This document shows positions 13,347 to 25,398 of a stretch of 64,000 bases of DNA, piece by piece. The stretch's first letter is position 1. Every line of letters starts with the position of its first letter. This DNA comes from Octopus sinensis (taxonomy: Eukaryota), in NCBI RefSeq assembly GCF_006345805.1, contig NC_043010.1, forward strand, positions 11,222,001 to 11,286,000, written 5' to 3'. The position numbers and the translations under genes were made by a program. Below the pieces are notes generated by a model. The model was not told where the DNA came from. It was given only the letters and a program-made list of their open reading frames with translations, and made no database searches.

Positions 13347-14390
13347 ATGTTCTTTTTTTTTCCACATAATAAATCAGAAGAATTAGTATCTTACTCAAGA
13401 ACAGGTAAGAATTGATACCTGGAAGGACATCCAGACACAGAAAAAACTGTCTTCATAAATCTCACCTAAACCATACTTGCATGGACAAAGCAGAAGTTAA
13501 AAATTATGATAACGCAACAATAAGAACAACACTGAAGACAATGATAATGATGATAACAATGATGATGAATTAACGACTGTCACAGCACTGCATGATGTCA
13601 AAATGTGAATGGGTATGATCATTTAGCTGATAAGCTAACATTCCATTCTGTAGTTATCATATCTCCCTATATGTATGGCACAATATTATTCTATATCTCT
13701 TTCTATATATATTGTAGAATATGATGCAAGGAATAAAACCTACAAAATAATCCTTTAGCATAATGTATAAAAAGCTTTTTGCTATAAAATAGTTTTAGTA
13801 AAATGCTAATTAAGAGTTTATATTTTTGCCATTTCTTATCCATTACGTCAATAATCTCCATTGCGTAAAGCAAAATATGGCAAAAAAATTCTTAATAATG
13901 AAACATGCCTTTTGCACTAAAACCTTAAGGTGGAGTATTAGCCAGATTAGGAAGATATTCCAATTATATCTTAATAATTTGCTTTTGTTTTTACTCTAAC
14001 TTTCTGTTTCTCCCTTAGAATCTTATCATACATCATCATATTACACACACAAGTTCTTTTCTTTCCGGAACAGCTTTCATTCTCTGTAAAACGAGAATCA
14101 CAAGCTGGGGGCAATGGATGCAGGTGAACAAGTGTACAACAGGTCAGGTCCAAAACAATGAACACTCAGGAATAAAATGGCATAATGACAAATAAAAAAG
14201 AGAAAAGAGCATGAAAACAACAACAACAAAAAAATCCCGAAACTAACCAAAAAAAAAAGAAAAGCCAAAGAATTTTGCAAGCGGAGATAGTTAAGTTGAT
14301 ATCACTCGAATACATTGAAGAAATATCATTGAAAATAAAGCAAGATATTTCCTTTATATTTTAGCTGAAACAATGTGTAGTTATGTTGTA

Positions 14391-14726
14391 TACTCTTTTA
14401 CTCTTTTACTCTTTTACTTGTTTCAGTCATTTGACTGCGGCCATGCTGGAGCACCGCCTTTAATCGAGCAACTCGACCCCGGGACTTATTCTTTTTATAA
14501 GCCCAGTACTTATTCTATCGGTCTCTTTTGCCGAACCGCTAAGTGACGGGGACGTAAACACACCAGCATCGGTTGTCAAGCAATGCTAGAGGGACAAACA
14601 CAGACACACAAACATATACACACACATACATATATATATATATATAACAGGGACGTAAACACACCAGCATCGGTTGTCAAGCAATGCTAGAGGGACAACC
14701 ACAGACACACAAACATATACACACGC

Positions 14727-14759
<33 letters not shown>

Positions 14760-14925
14760 TACGACGGGCTTCTTTCAGTTTCTGTCTACCAAATCCACTC
14801 ACAAGGCTTTGGTCGGCCCGGGGCTATAGCAGAAGATACTCGCCCAAGATGCCACGCAGTGGGACTGAACCCTGAACCATGTGGTTGGTTAGCAAGCTAC
14901 TTACCACACAGCCACTCCTGCGCCT
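14391..14925 (-). mobile_element. SINE family A copy with about 100-bp internal duplication
   Basis: gggacgtaaacacaccagcatcgg...acacac occurs at about 14549 and 14650. Confidence 0.9.
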
Positions 14926-15350
14926 GTATGTGTAAGTTTGTTTGAAAGTATAGTTGAAATAAAAGCCAAGGTCAATACAGCAAAAGGGAATCAAAGAAAG
15001 TGAGTGATTCCAAGAAATATAAATGTGAATTATTTGAAGAAATGGAAAAAAAAAAGCAACACAGAAAAGTTGCATTTTATGCTTAAACTAGAAAGCAAAG
15101 TGAATAAGTGAATACATAAAAAAAACATTTAAGCAGCTTTCCATAAATTCTAACTTAATATACTTATACAGCTATACATGCAGGGATAAATAATGTATTT
15201 ACTCCTCCCATATCTCTCTCTCTTTCTTCCTCTCTCTCTCTTTCTTCCTCTCTCTCAATAGATAGACACACATACATATATATGTATTATATGTGTGTAT
15301 TCATACATATATACATACATGCATACATATATATATATATATATACATAC

Positions 15351-15420
<70 letters not shown>

Positions 15421-15502
15421 ATATACATATATACTCACACACACATACATATGTGTGTTGTTTGTGTATGTATATGATATATAAAAATATATAAACATTA
15501 TA

Positions 15503-15537
<35 letters not shown>

Positions 15538-15876
15538 GGGAGAGAGAGAGAGACGTAGATTGATATGGCTAGATAGATAGACAGACAAATAAAGATATAT
15601 ATCTACTTATATGTAACCGCAAATACACATACACACACACACTCACTTACACAAACACACACTCACTTACACACACACACACTCACACACATACTTTTGT
15701 ATTATTTTTAATCAGCAGAAAGTTACAAAAGGGATTCAAGGCTTAAGAGTTTTGTGCATTAAATGCCATGCACAAGAATCTTGTAACTTTTGCTACTCTT
15801 TGCTGAATAAAATGGTAAAATAGCATAGGTACTCATGGACTGAGCTCTTTTTATCCTGAAAGAAGCCCAATATATG

Positions 15877-15913
<37 letters not shown>

Positions 15914-16580
15914 TGTATATGCATGTGTGCGTTAGTGTCTGAGTGTCTTGATATTATGTAGTAGTTCTAAATGAGTGACACCATAATTTAAGGGGTTCCC
16001 AATCATCTATAAAAATATGTCTGGGCAGGGGGAAAAATTACCTTGCTTTGAAACAGGTGAGAAATTGGCAACAGAATGGGTATAAGTCTATAGAAAAATT
16101 GCTTCGAAGCATTCTCTCCAACTCATGGCAAAATGGTTAAAAATAATGATGATGATGATGATAAAGGTGATGAGATATATGTTTCTATCTGTGATGAGAT
16201 ATATGTGTTATATGTGTCTACCTCTCTCTCCCTTTCTCCTCTCTCTTTCTCTCTCTGTTATATGCGTGTGTATGTGTGTGTGTACGTAGATACATAGACA
16301 TACATATGTGTATGTGTATGTGATGTGTATGTGTGTGTTTGAGTCTGTATATAAACATATATACACACGTTTTTGTGTGGGGACACACCTATATATATAT
16401 TCATTCATTCAACTAAACCCCCACCTTCCACACACAGACATGCATATATTACATATATACATACATATATATATATATTATATATATATATATATAATGT
16501 ATATATATTGTTATATTTGTATGTGCACATATATATATATGTATATATGTATATATATGTATGTGCACCCACACACAGAC

Positions 16581-16622
<42 letters not shown>

Positions 16623-16649
16623 TTAACATACATATATATATGCATGATG

Positions 16650-16701
<52 letters not shown>

Positions 16702-17199
16702 TGTGCAGATATATAAAAAGACTTGATAACTTGATAAATAAATTAATGTTTGCTAATTAGAATTTACCATCTGTAATTCTGTAACTTGGCCTCTTACATG
16801 TCTAGACTCTCATCAGGAAACTTGGAAAATTACTTCAACATGAATTTCTCCCAAGTTACAACAGAATGGTTTTAATTGCTGAACATGTACAGAGAACTAA
16901 ATGAAGAACTTGAAAAACAACTCTTTAATTGAAAAATGTTTGTTTAAATACATGACTACAAAGTATGAAAGTATGATTCTCTTAGCGTTTGACCGGTGCC
17001 ATTTTTAATCATACTTATTTTCCTCTTCCTACCTGCTCTGTCTCTACCTCATCTTCTCACTTCCTCTCTTCAACTGTAATAATGTTTTTCTTACTCTGAC
17101 TCTTTCCAATTTTATCTAACTCACTGATGAGGAAAATTCATTTTTCTCTATAACGAATGTGTCCAATCCTGGTCATGGCAGGGCAGGATAATTTCTTAT

Positions 17200-17360
17200 A
17201 GGCTGAGTGGTAAGAAGCTTGCTTACCAACCACATGGTTTCAGGTTCATTCCTACTGCATAGCACTTTGGGCAAGAGTTTTTACTATAGCCTTGGGCTGA
17301 TCAAAGCCTTGTAAGCAGATTCGGTAGACAGAATCTGAAAGAAGCCCATCGTTTATGTAT
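17200..17360 (+). mobile_element. SINE family A 5' half, diverged, inverted relative to the adjacent copy
   Basis: ggctgagtggtaagaagcttgcttaccaacc...ctgaaagaagccc. Confidence 0.8.
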
Positions 17361-17370
17361 ATATATATTA

Positions 17371-17762
17371 CACTTTACACTTTACACTTTTACTTGTTTC
17401 AGTCATTTGACTGCGGCCATGCTGGAGCAACTCGATCCCGGGACTTATTCTTTTGTTAGCCCAGTACTTATTCTATCAGTCTCTTTTGCCGAACCGCTAA
17501 GTAACGGGAACATAAACACACCAGCTTCGGTTGTCAAGCAATGCTAGTGGGACAAACACACACACAAACACACACGCGCATATATATATATATATATATA
17601 AGACAGGCTTCTTTCAGTTTCCGTCTACCAAATCCACTCACAAGGCTTTGGTCGGTCCGAGGCTTTAGTAGAAGACACTTGCCCAAGGTGCCACGCAGTG
17701 GGACTGAACCTGGAACCGTGTGGTTGGTAAGCAAGCTACTTACCACACAGCCACTCCTGCGC
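17371..17762 (-). mobile_element. SINE family A, young copy
   Basis: Full match to the family. Confidence 0.9.
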
Positions 17763-18381
17763 ATATATGTTTATGTTTGTGTGTCTATGTTTCTCCCCAC
17801 CCCACCATCACTTGATAACCAATGTTGGTGTGTTTATGTACCCATAACTTAGTGGTTCAGCAAAAGAGACTGATAGAATAAGTACCAGGCTACTTGCCTA
17901 AGGTGCCACACAGTGGTACTGAAACCAGAACCTTGTGGTTCGTAAGCAAGCTACTTACCACACAGCCACTCCTGCACCTATATCTTTATATTTATGCACA
18001 CACACACGTGCACGCACACACACAAACACACACACTCATGCATACACACAAAATAGGCTTCAGTTTTGCCTACAAAATTCACTCGCAAGGCTTTGGTTGG
18101 CTGAGAACTGTAGTGTAGGACAGTCACCCAAGGCACTCCACAGAAAGAATATGTTGTCGTAAGTTTGCCACTGATAATTAGGTTGATAGAATATCGACTA
18201 ATCAGCAGAACAGTTGATCAGAAAGTAATGAGTTATCAGAAGCACATCATTATATTCATTAGATGGTAACCTTATTTTTGCCAGTTTGGACTAATTGGCT
18301 TTATATAGATTCTAAAGGATGGAATTAGCTACTTTGTAATTGATTAATGCTTTATTAGGTTTTGTTATTGTGTTAAGGTTT

Positions 18382-18607
18382 AAGGTGGCAAGCTGGTAGA
18401 ACTGTTAGAACACTGGGGGAAATGCTTAGCAGTATTTCGTCTGCCACTATGTTCTGAGTTCAAATTCTGCTGAGGTCAACTTTACCTATCATCCTTTCGG
18501 GGTCAATAAATTAAGTACCAGTTATGTGTTGGTGTTGATGGAATCGACTAGCCCCTTTCCCCCAAAAAAATTTTCAAGGCCTTGTACCTAGAGTAGAAAT
18601 AGTTATT
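18382..18607 (+). mobile_element. SINE family B (ATT-tail subtype)
   Basis: ggcaagctggtagaa head, gagttcaaattc B box, gaggtcaactttacctatcatcctttcggggtcaataaattaagtaccag core, ggccttgtacctagagtagaa end. Confidence 0.8.
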
Positions 18608-18612
18608 ATGTT

Positions 18613-18833
18613 AAGCTTTCCTTTCATCTCAATCGAAGGAGAGGGGTTTTCTCCATCCGGGTTGCAGATTCGTGGAATAAGCTGCCGGACGAGATAGTGA
18701 AGATGCCGACAACCGCTCGGTTCAAAGTCTCCCTTGACCACAAATGGCCTGAACTCTTTGCATGAACACCACCCCGTACATAACTCCATGTCCCCCTACA
18801 TGGCCTTGCTTTTTGCTTTTTGAGCCAAAAAAT

Positions 18834-18866
<33 letters not shown>
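18613..18866 (+). mobile_element. 3' end of a CR1/L2-group LINE with (CTAA)n tail
   Basis: KLSFHLNRRRGVFSIRVADSWNKLPDEIVKMPTTARFKVSLD...* (stop 18763-18765) fits the CR1 ORF2 C-terminal FS.RV...WN.LP pattern; short 3' UTR then an AACT tandem tail. Confidence 0.85.
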
Positions 18867-18984
18867 TATGGGATGGGAGAAGACACTTGGAGAACAATTT
18901 TAGTGCTATGTTTCAGCCATGGCCTCAGTCTTTTAGTCAGCACTGCCATTGGATCTGAGTTCTAGTTCTAATTCTTTTATCTTT

Positions 18985-19180
18985 CATCCATTACTTGTCT
19001 CAGACATTGGACTGTGGCCATACTGGAGCACTGCCTTGAAGGATTTTAGCCAAACAAATCAATACCAGTACTTACTATTTTCAAGTCTGGTTCTTATTTT
19101 ATTGGTCTCTTTTGCCAAAATGCTAAATTACTGGGACATAAACAAACTAACAGTGGTTGTCAAGCAGTGAATGGAGGACA
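18985..19180 (-). mobile_element. SINE family A 3' half, diverged
   Basis: gactgtggccatactggagcactgcc...gttgtcaagcagtg. Confidence 0.7.
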
Positions 19181-19324
19181 AACACAAAATGTGAGATCTT
19201 GTATGGTGTTATAGCAAGGATTCTCAGCTCCTAAGTGGTGCATCTTCCTAAGGAATCAGCTATGATAAGCAAGAGGAAATTTAGTACCTCTTCATACATA
19301 CACCCAAGAATAATTAACCTCATT

Positions 19325-19562
19325 AAGGCAGAGAGCTGGCAGAATCGTTAGCATGCCGGGCGAAATGCTTAGTGGTATTTCATCTGCCATTACGTTCTGA
19401 GTTCAAATTCCGCCAAAGTTGACTTTGCCTTTTATCCTTTCGCGATCGATTAAATAAGTACCAGTTACGCACTGCAGTCGATGTAATTGGCTTAATTCCT
19501 TTGTCTCTCCTTGTTTGCCCCCTCTATGTTTAGCCCCCTGAGAGAAATAAAGAAAGAAATAA
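19325..19562 (+). mobile_element. SINE family B
   Basis: gagctggcagaatcgttagcatgccgggcgaaatgc...gagttcaaattccgcc...tttagcccc...aaagaaata. Confidence 0.85.
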
Positions 19563-19802
19563 TTATCCCCATTGCCCCACTCTTGTGCCTTACACTGAAA
19601 ATCAATATCATAAAAAACCATGGGTTTGTACCTGTAATTTATGAAATGATCAACAAACTGTTTTAAATATGAATAATACTAGGGGCTACTTCAGAACAGG
19701 TGATATATAATATAAGGTTCAAATGTACAGCCAAAAGACAGAGACAGGTGAAGGAACAACAAGCAGGTGGATTAGTTTGACACTCAGGAAAAATGGAATA
19801 GT

Positions 19803-19837
19803 TTTTGACGTTTCAGGCTATGGCCTTCAGTAGAAAA
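19803..19837 (-). ncRNA. Degenerate minimal type I hammerhead ribozyme relic (Penelope-type)
   Basis: tttt-CTACTGA-AGGC cata GCCT-GAAA-C-GTC-aaaa: helix II perfect, GAAA and GUC intact, palindromic ACGT helix III; two substitutions in the CUGANGA core. Confidence 0.45.
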
Positions 19838-20099
19838 GGATGAGGGAAAAAAGAATGGAGAAAGAAAAAAATGTGGCAAGATTAACGATTCTACATGTTG
19901 AAATGACCAGAAGGAAGAGAATATATAATAAGGTATATTTTGGGATGATTTAATGCAAAGAGCTTGATGGATAAAGGATTAGAAGCCAGGATTTAATGAT
20001 TCATAAGTTCTAAGGTAGATAAATTGAACACAGTATGTCGAGATTACGAGTAAATAACATGACATTTTAATATATTTTCCACATATTTTCCTATTTTAA

Positions 20100-20117
20100 C
20101 TTTTACATATATGTATA

Positions 20118-20185
<68 letters not shown>

Positions 20186-20556
20186 TATACATATGTACAC
20201 ATATACATATATAAGTAAATACCTACACACACATTTACACATACATACATTCATGCTTATATACATGCACACAAACACATGCATATATGTGTATATATAC
20301 ATACCAATATGAATACCTACACATACACACATACATACATGTGTTCATGCATGCATACATACATACACACCACACACATACATACATGCATACATACATA
20401 CATACATACATACATACATACATGCATACATACATATTTACACGTACATACATTCATGCTTATATACATACACACAAACACATACATATATGTGTATATA
20501 TACATACCAATATAAATACCTATACATACACACATACATACATGTGTTCATGCATG

Positions 20557-20598
<42 letters not shown>

Positions 20599-20830
20599 TA
20601 CATACATACTACATACATACATACATACATACAAACATACATTCATGCTTATATACATACACACACACACATACATACATACATACATACATACATACAT
20701 ACATAAAACATACAAATCTGCACATACATACATACATACATACATACATACATACATACATACATACATGCATACATACGTACATACATACATGCATACA
20801 TACATACATACCTGCATACATATATGCATA
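20100..20830. repeat. (TA)n then (CATA)n complex microsatellite with an about 200-bp higher-order unit
   Basis: cattcatgcttata at about 20248, 20451 and 20640. Confidence 0.85.
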
Positions 20831-21156
20831 CTTAGATCAGATTTCCTCCAACTTTTTAAAGGAGTTACCTGATCACATCCAGAGTTTCCCTCTCTGTCAC
20901 TCAAACACACAGTCACAATGTAAAATGGAACCATTGTTATTTGTTAAGATTCTTCTATTTGCCGAGGAATATGTGTAAATGTCATATCTTCTTTTTAATA
21001 CAAAGTAATTGAATCTCAAGAGTCTCTCAGAGTTTTTGGAACGGTGAATATAGTGGAAAAATCAGACAAAAAGAAGAAACATAAAAACATTTGTGCTCGC
21101 TTTTATACTGATAGGAATGTATATGTCAATATTACAAACATACACAGATAAAAATG

Positions 21157-21190
<34 letters not shown>

Positions 21191-21244
21191 ATATATATAT
21201 ATATATATAATATATATATGTATATATATATGTATATATATATA

Positions 21245-21291
<47 letters not shown>

Positions 21292-21297
21292 TATATG

Positions 21298-21331
<34 letters not shown>

Positions 21332-21588
21332 TATAAATGTGTGTGCATGTTGATATATGTAGTAGATATAAGATATTATTCATTCATATACAAGAATGCT
21401 GTTGACAGTGACTTTGAAGTCTCGGCCTACTAGACATAATGATGACTTTGCTGGCCAACACTTCAAAGTTACTGTCAATTACATTTTTCTTTAAGAACGA
21501 TAAACTTGTACTCTACAAAATATAGAGTAAACCATCAGATTAATGTGAAATAGTTTTTATTATAACTAAACATAAAAGTGAACATTTA

Positions 21589-21627
<39 letters not shown>

Positions 21628-21635
21628 ATATACTT

Positions 21636-22040
21636 TTTTACTCTTTTACTCTTTTACTTGTTTCAGTCATTTGACTGCGGCCATGCTGGAGCACCGCCTT
21701 TAGTCGAGCAACTCGACCCCGGGACTTATTCTTTGTAAGCCCAGTACTTATTCTATCGGTCTCTTTTGCCGAACCGCTAAGTGACGGGGACATAAACACA
21801 CCAGCATCATTTGTCAAGCAATGCTAGGGGACAAATACAGACACACAAACATACACGCACACATATATATACATATATACGACGGGCTTCTTTCAGTTTC
21901 CGTCTACCAAATCCACTCACAAGGCTTTGGTCGGCCCGAGGCTATAGCAGAAGACACTTGCCCAACGTGCCACGCAGTGGTACTGAACCCGGAACCATGT
22001 GGTTGGTAAGCAAGCTACTTACCACACAGCCACTCCTGCA
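21636..22040 (-). mobile_element. SINE family A, young copy
   Basis: Full match to the family. Confidence 0.9.
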
Positions 22041-22329
22041 TATTGATATGTATATATATATATATATATACATATCAATATATAAACACACACATATATA
22101 CGCTCATCTTTGTCATCCATTTTTGTTATTGTTGCATAAGACACACTGAAGTCATTGATGCAAATTTTCTACTACTACCTGGTTCCCTTCCTGTTACCAA
22201 CCTTCACCTGTTTCCAAGCAAGGTAATATTTCCACATTTCCTACACGGATCATGGCCCTGATATGTTTTCATGGAAAACTGAAATTGAACATCACTTGTA
22301 TGATGGTGATGCTTGTTTACAACCATCTC

Positions 22330-22500
22330 TCTAATGTATATATGATTCCAGAAAGAGAATTCATCCCAGCCCTGGTTGGCCATGTGTGGCACCTCAAAGA
22401 TCAAGTGGCTGCATGCGATATCAAGTGGATGATCTTAAAACACCTGGGCCCCTACATCAATGAGAGTGAATATTGCATACTCTGCATAGCTGAGTAAAAC
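22330..22500 (+). pseudogene. Penelope-like element GIY-YIG endonuclease C-terminal relic
   Basis: LVGHVWHLKDQVAACDIKWMILKHLGPYINESEYCILCIAE matches the recalled PLE pattern L..HIW.LK.....IKW.IL....PY.....C.LC..E; not database-checked. Confidence 0.5.
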
Positions 22501-22991
22501 CAGAGGATTTTAAGACTTCCTTAAACCTGGATCGCAGAATACCCACTAAGAAATATTTACACAATGTATCCATTTCAAGCACTACATACTGCAAAACTGG
22601 GATTCCCTGTTCACTGATTAAGGTTGTAAGAGTCCCTATTCCCCAAATAGCTGCTCTAGAAAAGATAACCCAACCTCACCAACGCCAGACCCTTTTATTG
22701 TCTGATGACCTTTTGACCAACTGACCATAACAACTTTCCACCTCTGAGAGGTGAAGATTTAAATTTTTCTTTGTATAGAGTCTGATGGGCAGTTCACAAA
22801 GCTGTGGCTCTCATGGATGCGAAACCATTGGTCACTCTTTGACCAGACTTTAACTTTATTGCTTTAATATATATATACACATACTTACACACACTCACAC
22901 ACACACACACATTATTTAATAGACACAATAGATGATTTTAAGTGTTACTAATAGTTTCTTGTGGGCTGTGCCTGACGACTGTACTGAGTTG

Positions 22992-23415
22992 CTCTTTTAC
23001 TCTTTACTCTTTTACTTTTTTCAGTCATTTGACTGCGGCCAAGCTGGAGCACCGCCTTTAGTCGAGCAACTCGACCCCGGGACTTATTCTTTTTGTAAGC
23101 CCAGTACTTATTCTATCGGTCTCTTTTTGCCGAACCGCTAAGTGACGGGGACGTAAACACACCAGCATCGTTTGTCAAGCAATGCTTGGGGAACAAACAC
23201 AGACACACAAACACACACACACATATATATATATATATGTATACATATATACGACAGGCTTCTTTCAGTTTCCGTCTACCAAATCGACTCACAAGGCATT
23301 GGTCGGCCCGAGGCTATAGCAGGAGACACTTGCCCAATATGCTACACAGTGGGACTGAACCCAGAACCATGTGGTAGGTTAGCAAGCTACTTACCACACA
23401 GCCACTCCTGCGCCT
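22992..23415 (-). mobile_element. SINE family A, young copy
   Basis: Full match to the family. Confidence 0.9.
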
Positions 23416-23771
23416 GTCAGACCTATTATAATACATTGTTTGGCATGTTCTCAGCATAAAAGATTGTTTGTAGCCTATATTCCTTCTATTATTGTTTCTG
23501 TTAAATAATATTCATCTCTCAGCAGATGGAATGCTTTTTTTTGTTGATCTTTCATTACCGAAAAATATATCATATACATATATAGATATATATCACCCCA
23601 GAGCTACAGTAGAAGATACTTGCTCAAGGTGCCATATAGTGGTACTGAACCTAAGACCACATGGTTGGGAAACATGTGCATGTGAATGTGTGTGTGAAAT
23701 AATTCCTACATTGGTACTCAGAGTTTCATGTGATACATATTTGTCAGACAATGATGCTTATATTAATGCTA

Positions 23772-24002
23772 AAAGGCGAGCTGGCAGAAACGTTAGCACG
23801 CCGGGCGAAATGCGTAGCCGTATTTCGTCTGCCCTTATGTTCTGGGTTCAAATTCTGCCGAGGTCGACTTTGTCTTTCATCCTTCCGGGGTCGATAAATT
23901 AAGTACCAGTTACGCACTGGGGTCGATGTAATCGACTTAATCCCTTTGTCTGTCCTTGTTTGTCTCCTCTGTGTTTAGCCCCTTGTGGGTAGTAAAGAAA
24001 TA
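23772..24002 (+). mobile_element. SINE family B, young CpG-rich copy
   Basis: ggcgagctggcagaaacgttagcacgccgggcgaaatgcg...gggttcaaattctgccgaggtcgactttg...gggtagtaaagaaata. Confidence 0.88.
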
Positions 24003-24504
24003 TATATTAATGCTAAAAACAACACAAATATAGCATACACACCATGGCTCTGCGAAGACCATCACATGAAACTCCAAACAGAAGCAGATTGTTTATTTTG
24101 TGTGTATAATAAAAAATTATAGCCCTCAACACGTATTGAGTGCTCTTTTGCTTATTTGTAAATCAAAAGATGCCTATATATGTGTGTATGTGTGTATGAA
24201 TGCATGTATGTGTGTACATATCAATGCATATAAGTATACATATGTGTATCTATCTATTAATCTCCCTATGTAAATATATGTGTGTGGGTATATATATAGA
24301 GGGAGAGAGAGAGAAAAAAAGAGAAAGAGAGAAAGTGAGGTGTATTTCTACACAGGAAAAAACATTATATAATTTGTTTTGGGGCTTGATAATGCACCTG
24401 AATTCAGGTGCATTTTTAATCCCAAAAACAAACTCCTCCTGTATATATATATATACACACACACACATTATGGCACCCTGTCACTTATGATGATAAGGGT
24501 TCCA

Positions 24505-24790
24505 GTTGACTCAATGAATGGGACAGCCTGCTCATGAAATGAACGTGCATGTGGATGAGCACTCCACAGATGTGCTTACCCTTAACATAGTCCTCAGGGA
24601 GATTCAACATGACACAAAATGTGACAATCTGGCCCTTTGAAATACAGGTACAACTCATTTTTGGCAGCTGAGTGGACTGGAGCAACATGAAATAAGTGTC
24701 TTGTATAAGGACACAAGGTGTCACCAGGAATTGAACTCATGACCTTACGATTGTGAGCTGAATACCCTAACTACTATGCTATGCACCTTC
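24505..24790 (-). mobile_element. tRNA-derived SINE family D with CORE-like centre
   Basis: Minus strand: gcatagcatagtagttaggg (A box), gagttcaattcct (B box), gtgtccttatacaagacacttatttcatgttgctccagtccactcagctg; related copy at 60985. Confidence 0.7.
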
Positions 24791-25389
24791 ATATATATGT
24801 GTGACGGGTGTATTCACACACACACACACACACATAGATGTAAATAGGAATACATATAAGTATATGTGTGTACATGTGCATGCATGTGTATATGTGTTGT
24901 CTATGTGCACGTGTATGTGTGTGTGTGTGCATGTGTGTATGTGTGGTTATAAAACCTAAAATGCACATTTATTGTCGATGTAAAACAAACAATGTTTGTC
25001 ATAGGAAACCATCATGGTGTCTACTAATATAACACATCTACTCTGAGATTGACCAATAATCTGTTGTTCTTCAACCACTTGCACCAGTTGTACATCATTG
25101 CTTCAGCACCACCCATTAGCGACTGTCGCCTGTGGAATTTCCACAAAATCTCAACATTCCCCCAAAAACTGTGCAAGTTTTATATTTGTTCTTTTGTTAT
25201 TGAGAAATATTCCCAACAGCTTTAGAGAAAATAAACAAAAAAATAAAACAATTCGAAAAGAAGAAAAAAAAAAAGGTAAGAAAACATCCAATTTATCCAG
25301 GAGTGTTCAATTATTTGCTGCTGGTAAATTGCCATAAATGGAACCAATTAAGGGATAAGCATCACTAAAGTTAATTAATGCAAAATATA

Positions 25390-25398
25390 ACTTACCTG
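25390..25398 (-). promoter_or_regulatory. 5' splice donor (phase 0) ending the protocadherin exon
   Basis: Perfect CAG|GTAAGT after codon Q of ...PAPSQ. Confidence 0.8.

Noticed and set aside
17115-17165. CTGATGA plus hairpin, plus strand
   Set aside because: Helix II closure and GAAA are too degenerate.
249-23459. Recurrent ORFs of the type MLGGQTQTHK... and MSSNARGTNT... resembling a gene family
   Set aside because: All lie inside SINE family A copies, with variable frames and stops.
25050-25219. Possible second protocadherin exon after acceptors at 25220 or near 25130
   Set aside because: Phase-0 translations (LLGIFLNN..., ATVANGWC*) stop early and show nothing I recognise; cannot be supported without transcripts.
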